Shown piece by piece: positions 26,938 through 32,152 of a stretch of 32,152 nucleotides of DNA. The DNA is from Candidatus Thorarchaeota archaeon (GTDB taxonomy: Archaea > Asgardarchaeota > Thorarchaeia > Thorarchaeales > Thorarchaeaceae): positions 1-32,152 of the forward strand of contig JBHLRS010000033.1 in NCBI GenBank assembly GCA_048882325.1, written 5' to 3'. Each line of letters starts with the position of its first letter. The first letter of the stretch is position 1. The notes below the pieces were generated by a model. The model was not told where the DNA came from and ran no database searches. It saw nothing but the letters and a program-made list of their open reading frames with translations. The position numbers and the translations under genes are program-made.

Positions 26938-27666
26938 TCACTCTTTGTCTTCTCTTAACAAATCACGGATCTCTCTTAGGACCAAGAGGATTTCTTCCTC
27001 TAGACTACCCTCAATGCTTGGCAAAGGCGCTTCTTCGGGATACACCACCTCGGTCCCAGTTACATATGGATCCTTGAATCTCCTCAATTCCATGAGAATA
27101 AAGTCTCGGAGTTCCTCGTAGAAGGTCAGTCCTTCCAGCTTCTCCTCTGATGATTGAAATGAGCTCCCAGATCCGCCTGCTGTTTCAACCTCAATTGAGC
27201 CAATCCCAAACAATCGGTCGAATGGTCCTGCCACACTCTGAATGTTCGTTATTGTCCTGAACGGTACATGTTTTCTTGTTATATTGATGAGTCCCTTTTT
27301 CACGTATATCTCTGGCATTGTTTCTCCTGATTTTCCAATCACAGAATACTCGAAAGACCGGATATAGATTGGGTAGACTATTAGATAAGGTATCAAGACG
27401 CTGAGGGTAAGCAGCCAGAACCAGAAGTTTAGAGGAATCCAGAACTGGTTGAACACGGCAGCCATAATCCCTATTTCACTTACTGCTTCAACTAACCCGA
27501 GAACAAGAATCATCGAGCCGATCACAATTATCCATAGCATTACTGCGCTGAAGACGCCAAGGAACCAGTTCTTGTTCCGGAAGTACTTTGATGGTTTGAA
27601 GACCTTCCCTCTGGCAATCTCCTCCATTGGGGGTTTAATCACCTTTCCTCTACCTGACATCATCAT
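26938..27666 (-). CDS. bPH_2-like membrane protein, paralog 3
   Basis: Same core motif; start at MMMSGRG (27666) just after the upstream stop. Confidence 0.88.
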   Translation of the reverse strand: MMMSGRGKVIKPPMEEIARGKVFKPSKYFRNKNWFLGVFSAVMLWIIVIGSMILVLGLVEAVSEIGIMAAVFNQFWIPLNFWFWLLTLSVLIPYLIVYPIYIRSFEYSVIGKSGETMPEIYVKKGLINITRKHVPFRTITNIQSVAGPFDRLFGIGSIEVETAGGSGSSFQSSEEKLEGLTFYEELRDFILMELRRFKDPYVTGTEVVYPEEAPLPSIEGSLEEEILLVLREIRDLLREDKE

Positions 27667-27667
27667 T

Positions 27668-28429
27668 TCACTCCTTCTCGAGTTTTTTGTCAATCTTTTC
27701 AAGCACATCCCTTATCTCACGGAGGGTAATGAGCATCTCGTCGTCCAGACTATCGCTTAGTCTTGGAACTTGTTCATCTACAGGATGCACAACCTCGGTC
27801 CCTGTGACATATGGATCTCTAAACTTCCTGAGCTCTTGTAGAACAAAGTCTCTCACCTGTTCATAGAAGGTGATTCCCTCCAGTTTTTCCTCAGGAGACC
27901 GACCACCCTGAGCTCCGCCAGAGAACCCTGCAGTCTGAATCTCAACAGTTCCAATGCCAAACAACCGGTCAATTGGACCTGCTCGGCTAGAGATATTGGT
28001 GATTGTCCTGAATGGCACGTGTTTCTTGGTCACGTTGACCAATCCTTTCTTGACATAGATTTCTGGCATTGTGGTTCCAACCTTTGAGATGACGCTGTAC
28101 TCGAAACTGCGAATGTATAATGGAACTCCTACATAGGCTGGAACAAAAAAGAATGCAGTAACAATCCAATACCAGAAGTTAACAGCAGGGAACCAGTCAT
28201 AGAAGATGGTCCAAAAGATTGGTGCCCAGTTTGATACCCCCGAATCAGCTGCACTAATCCATGCTCCAAGTGCCAGACAACCGAGTGCACAGAACCAGAG
28301 GAACACCCAGCCACAGGTCACTCCCACCCATTCTTTGTAATAGAATCTCTTGTCTGGTTTGAAAACACGACCTGCTGTAACATCTTCCATTGGAGGTTTG
28401 ATCACTACTCCCCGACTGTCTCTATCCAT
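27668..28429 (-). CDS. bPH_2-like membrane protein, paralog 2
   Basis: PEIYVKKGLVNVTKKHVPFRTITNI...GPIDRLFGIGTVEIQTAG. Confidence 0.88.
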   Translation of the reverse strand: MDRDSRGVVIKPPMEDVTAGRVFKPDKRFYYKEWVGVTCGWVFLWFCALGCLALGAWISAADSGVSNWAPIFWTIFYDWFPAVNFWYWIVTAFFFVPAYVGVPLYIRSFEYSVISKVGTTMPEIYVKKGLVNVTKKHVPFRTITNISSRAGPIDRLFGIGTVEIQTAGFSGGAQGGRSPEEKLEGITFYEQVRDFVLQELRKFRDPYVTGTEVVHPVDEQVPRLSDSLDDEMLITLREIRDVLEKIDKKLEKE

Positions 28430-28642
28430 TCACATCATCTCCCTGTTCTGTATGGATTCTTCTCTGATTGCAAAGCCACCAAGGAAGAGGACGAAACCAA
28501 CACCATCGAGAACTCCACCCAGAAAGTAAAGGAGCTCTGGTCCTCCAAGAGTGCCCGTAAGAATTCCTAGAATCTCAAGCAGCATAATGAAGCCGCCCAC
28601 TGACATGAGGACAGTTCCAATGGCTTTCTTTCTCTCTGACAA
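28430..28642 (-). CDS. Small two-TM protein within the PH operon
   Basis: 70 aa; its stop abuts the next start; ggggttga RBS-like sequence before a TTG start. Confidence 0.7.
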   Translation of the reverse strand: MSERKKAIGTVLMSVGGFIMLLEILGILTGTLGGPELLYFLGGVLDGVGFVLFLGGFAIREESIQNREMM

Positions 28643-28805
28643 TTCATATCAACCCCATATACGCTATTAATAGTAGGAAGAAGAGAATGAGGGTTATAAC
28701 CAAAATCACTACTTTGACCGCTAGTCGGGCTGCACTCACCAAAATTGCTCCCTCCAAGGTTTTTTGTAACTCATGTCTTCACGCTTCATTCTCATTGTTC
28801 CTCCG

Positions 28806-29540
28806 CTAAAGCTTTGTCTTGAGTATCTCCCTGATGTCTTGAAGTGCGACAAGAATCTCGTCATCGAGAGTGCTGTCACTTCGCTGAACTGGTTCATCCC
28901 GTGGTGTGACCACTTCAGTACCTGTCACATATGGGTCTCTAAAGCGTCTCAGTTCACGCAAGATGAATTGCGCAAGTTCCTGATAGAACTTTATGCCTTC
29001 CAGTTTCTCCTCTGGTCCTCCTTGACCAGTAGGTCCGCCAGAGTAACCTGCAGTCTGTATCTCAACTGTACCTATTTTGAACAATCTGTCAAAAACTCCA
29101 GCACGGCTTGCGATGTTTGTCACTGTTCGAAATGGCACATGTTTTCTTGTAATATTGAGAATTCCCTTTTTCACGTAAATCTCTGGACTTGCTTTACCCG
29201 TCTCAGAAATGACGGCATACTCAATAGACCTGACATAAACTACAATACCAGCTAACGCAGGCAAGAGCCAGATCAAGTGAAATATCCAGGTCCACAGAGA
29301 TATTGTGGGCAACCACTGAAGGATCCACAGGCGCTCGTACGCTGTCCAGCTGTCAAAGTATCCTATCAACCAGGCTGTGCCCCACAAAGAACAGACAACT
29401 AGTGCCCAGGTCACAGTCGCAAAGCTGATGGCCATGAACCACCACTTGTTCCTTAATGCACCTAAGGGCTTGAACGTTTTTCCAAAGGACGTTTCCTTAG
29501 GGGATTCCAAAACACCTTGTAGTCCGTTTGCTACAACCAA
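28806..29540 (-). CDS. bPH_2-like membrane protein, paralog 1
   Basis: PEIYVKKGILNITRKHVPFRTVTNI...GVFDRLFKIGTVEIQTAG. Confidence 0.88.
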   Translation of the reverse strand: MVVANGLQGVLESPKETSFGKTFKPLGALRNKWWFMAISFATVTWALVVCSLWGTAWLIGYFDSWTAYERLWILQWLPTISLWTWIFHLIWLLPALAGIVVYVRSIEYAVISETGKASPEIYVKKGILNITRKHVPFRTVTNIASRAGVFDRLFKIGTVEIQTAGYSGGPTGQGGPEEKLEGIKFYQELAQFILRELRRFRDPYVTGTEVVTPRDEPVQRSDSTLDDEILVALQDIREILKTKL

Positions 29541-29547
29541 TTATCTA

Positions 29548-30048
29548 TCACGACTCCTTTCGTTTGTAACGCGGGATCTCCTTTGCCGCGAGCTTGTTGA
29601 AAATAGCAATTGATTGCTGAGTCATCGGGAGTTGTTCCTCATCGGGACGAAGAGTAATGTCGTACTCATCCATTATTGTATCAAGGGTTTCCCTGCACTC
29701 TGCCTCCTTTGGACATTCAGGGCAGAGCTTTCCCGCGTAGGAGTCATGTTTGTACCAGACGATGACACCAAGCTTCATCGTGAAGATGATGTATACTTGG
29801 GCATTAGCCTGATAGTCGAATCCAATGAGAATCCCTTTGTAATCAAGCAGGCTCTCAACATCAAGCCTGTGACTACTTGCATGTTCATTCAGCACCTTTG
29901 CGATTTTCTTTCGCGCTCTGTTGAGCACTCGCGATACATAGGCAGGGCTCCAATCCTCTTGCTTGTTATTTTCAGCAATCTCTGTGGTACTCAGTCCTTT
30001 CTGGAACTGCTCCCAGACCATTGCTTCATGCGTTGAGAGTTGGGGCAT
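29548..30048 (-). CDS. Putative transcription regulator: N-terminal sigma70-r4/LuxR-like HTH plus Cys motif
   Basis: LSTHE..VW....GLSTTEIA......AYVSRVLNRARKKI; H...CPECPKEAEC. Confidence 0.7.
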   Translation of the reverse strand: MPQLSTHEAMVWEQFQKGLSTTEIAENNKQEDWSPAYVSRVLNRARKKIAKVLNEHASSHRLDVESLLDYKGILIGFDYQANAQVYIIFTMKLGVIVWYKHDSYAGKLCPECPKEAECRETLDTIMDEYDITLRPDEEQLPMTQQSIAIFNKLAAKEIPRYKRKES

Positions 30049-30125
30049 TCTTGAATCACCGCGTTCTTGGTATCACCACATATTTTAAGCTTCCGTGGTA
30101 ATTCCTTGTTACACTCTTGGGAAAG

Positions 30126-30181
30126 TTTATATATAAAGTTGTTGAATGTTTACCTAGATTTGGTAAACAAATTTTGTTTAC
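30126..30181. promoter_or_regulatory. Palindromic TATA box and alternating GTTTAC/GTAAAC operator-like half-sites
   Basis: TTTATATATAAA (30126-30137); TGTTTACC-N7-GGTAAACA (30147-30169); GTAAACAAA-T-TTTGTTTAC (30163-30181). Confidence 0.65.
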
Positions 30182-30195
30182 TGTCGGTGGTAAAA

Positions 30196-30966
30196 ATGGC
30201 AAACAACGGGATTGTTATACGAACAGACGGCCTGAACAAGAGATTCGATACAGTTCACGCCGTAAGAGATCTGGACCTAGAGGTTCGGTCAGGTAGCAGG
30301 TTTGGATTCCTTGGTCCAAATGGAGCTGGGAAGACTACCACAGTCCGTATATTATCTGGACTCATGAAACAGACCAGCGGCTCTGCCACAGTATGTGGCT
30401 ATGACGTCAGTACACAACGAGATAACATCAAGGCTGTGACTGGTCTGCTTCCCGAGTCTCCTGGACTGTACTCAAAGCTGTCAGCTGTGGAATTTCTAGA
30501 GTTCATAGGAGCATTGAATGGACGAAACGGAGCTGCCCTGAATCGACGAATCGATATTATGCTTGGTATGCTTGGACTCGAGGGTCGTCAGAACGATCTA
30601 CTGGAGTCATACTCCTCTGGGATGAAACAGAAAGTTCTGGTTGCATCAACATTGCTCAGTGAGCCGAAACTTGTGTTCCTTGACGAACCTACTTCAAGGC
30701 TGGATCCAGCTGCAAGTGCTCTGGTGAAGGACCTCATTCTCATCTTGGCTCAGGAGACAGAAACATCCTTCTTCATATGCAGCCATCAGACCTCATTCGT
30801 CGAGGACGTCTGTGATGTGGTTGGCATCCTCAATGATGGTGCGCTTGTCACACATGGCTCTCCTCAGGAGATCATCGAAACAACTGTGGCGAAGGATCTA
30901 GAGGACGCATATCTGAAGATAGTGGGTGGTCATGTAGACAAGAAGACCCTGCTCGCATGGAGGTAA
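30196..30966 (+). CDS. ABC transporter ATP-binding protein (ABC-2 exporter type)
   Basis: Walker A GPNGAGKTT, signature YSSGMKQK, Walker B VFLDEPT, H-loop SH; ATG at 30196 preferred. Confidence 0.94.
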   Translation: MANNGIVIRTDGLNKRFDTVHAVRDLDLEVRSGSRFGFLGPNGAGKTTTVRILSGLMKQTSGSATVCGYDVSTQRDNIKAVTGLLPESPGLYSKLSAVEFLEFIGALNGRNGAALNRRIDIMLGMLGLEGRQNDLLESYSSGMKQKVLVASTLLSEPKLVFLDEPTSRLDPAASALVKDLILILAQETETSFFICSHQTSFVEDVCDVVGILNDGALVTHGSPQEIIETTVAKDLEDAYLKIVGGHVDKKTLLAWR

Positions 30967-32152
30967 TGCTAATGGTAAGAACCTGGTTGGCGATTGCAAA
31001 GGCTGAGTTCCAGGTACTGTCCTCCAGTATGAGGAGAAACAGGAAGCTCTTCATGGGTATACTTTATGCACTCGCTCTGGTCTGGGCGACAGTCATAACC
31101 CCGATAATCTACAATGCTATTCTAAGTGCTCTGTTTCCGATGGAATATCTTCGACCCATGCTTATGGTGATATTCCCTGGACTCATGCGTACGGTAGCCT
31201 TATTCCTGTGGCTTATCCTACTACTGTTCCCTCTATCATATGCGCTGCAGGAGATTAAGATTGGACAGTGGGAGATATTCCTGTCAAACAATGTTCGAAC
31301 AAGGGACATCATGACCGGAACTTTCCTAGGGAAGCTCGGTCTATATGGACTGATAATAATATTCCTTGCTCCCATTTTGATTACTCCATTCATGTTGGCA
31401 TTCGAGGTCAATATCATTGGCCAACTATTGGTCTATGGTGTTGTCACAATGTTGGCAATGGGTAGCATATGGCTCTCAAACTTCCTATCAAGTATGATCC
31501 AATCCAGACTTGGAGATTCATCACGTGGCAACGACATAGCGAAGGCTTTGGCCATGGTTGTAGCCATAGTAGTCATCCTTCCTATGTATGGACTAATGTT
31601 CTTCCTTCCAACTTTGTCTGAGATGATGGGGCTGAATGCATTTCTGATTCTCCCATCTACCTGGTTTGCAGATCTCATTAGTTGGATTGCAATAACATTC
31701 AATGGCATTGGGTTGACAAGCTCCCAGATATTGGGCTTCTCTTCTGTGCTTCAGTTGGACCTGCTTCTGACAGGAGTCTTAACGATAGGCTTTACACTCG
31801 GGTCAGTTGGGTTGGCTTTAGGAATGGCCGATAGGGTATTCACAATAGAGGCTGGTGTTCGGACTGAAGTCGTGACTACAGTTGGCAAAGAAAACATGTT
31901 CCTCAGAGGTATCAGGCGAGTCAACTCCGGACCCTTCGGGTCACTCGTAGTCACTAACTTCAAGGACTTTCTACGGAAGGCTCAGAACCTGTCAAAGATT
32001 GGTTATGGCTTGATCTTAGCGATAATAATGCCTATCATCATGATGTCCATGGATATCGAGTATGTTCAGTTCAATGACCTCTTCATGATGTTGATAGTCA
32101 TGATGTCATTGATTGGGTCAATGCCCTTTGCTGGCACAGGATTTCTTGAGAG
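30966..32152 (+). CDS. ABC exporter permease (partial, runs off the window)
   Basis: Absent from the ORF track, presumably because it has no stop in the window; ATG overlaps the ATPase TAA; MLMVRTWLAIAKAEF... followed by many TM helices. Confidence 0.85.
   Translation, partial: MLMVRTWLAIAKAEFQVLSSSMRRNRKLFMGILYALALVWATVITPIIYNAILSALFPMEYLRPMLMVIFPGLMRTVALFLWLILLLFPLSYALQEIKIGQWEIFLSNNVRTRDIMTGTFLGKLGLYGLIIIFLAPILITPFMLAFEVNIIGQLLVYGVVTMLAMGSIWLSNFLSSMIQSRLGDSSRGNDIAKALAMVVAIVVILPMYGLMFFLPTLSEMMGLNAFLILPSTWFADLISWIAITFNGIGLTSSQILGFSSVLQLDLLLTGVLTIGFTLGSVGLALGMADRVFTIEAGVRTEVVTTVGKENMFLRGIRRVNSGPFGSLVVTNFKDFLRKAQNLSKIGYGLILAIIMPIIMMSMDIEYVQFNDLFMMLIVMMSLIGSMPFAGTGFLE

Noticed and set aside
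13965-30036. Long antisense or overlapping ORFs (e.g. 13965-14375, 14946-15434, 28773-29255, 29614-30036)
   Set aside because: They are shadows of confidently assigned genes and have no motifs.
30067-30195. N-terminal extension of the ABC ATPase in the ORF track
   Set aside because: It covers the TATA/operator region; the ATPase domain begins after the ATG at 30196.

Overview
Archaeal DNA, most likely Asgard (Thorarchaeia-like). This is inferred from GGAGTGA/GAGGTGA-type RBSs, TATA-like promoters, an archaeal-type AsnA and the style of the LRR and membrane proteins; it was not confirmed by a search. The window has four parts. (1) 1-10.2 kb: unrelated genes in mixed orientation (secreted or membrane proteins, two LRR proteins, an esterase, a UbiA-family prenyltransferase, AsnA), separated every 1-3 genes by eight co-oriented copies of one structured non-coding repeat. 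All copies keep the right end (TGTAG-variable spacer-CCATYY, usually followed by a T-rich tract) and are truncated on the left, most strongly in the distal copies. This resembles an integron-like cassette array with a non-attC site and is the most novel feature. (2) 10.2-18.6 kb: assorted small-molecule and membrane genes. (3) 18.6-25.2 kb: a reductive pyrimidine catabolism cluster (PreA, HydA, nitrilase-type beta-ureidopropionase, class III aminotransferase, malonate-semialdehyde dehydrogenase) with no PreT in the window. (4) 26.1-32.2 kb: four paralogous bPH_2-like membrane proteins plus an HTH/Cys-motif regulator, divergent from an ABC exporter across a palindrome-rich promoter. No integrase, transposase, reverse transcriptase, tRNA, rRNA or CRISPR array was recognised.
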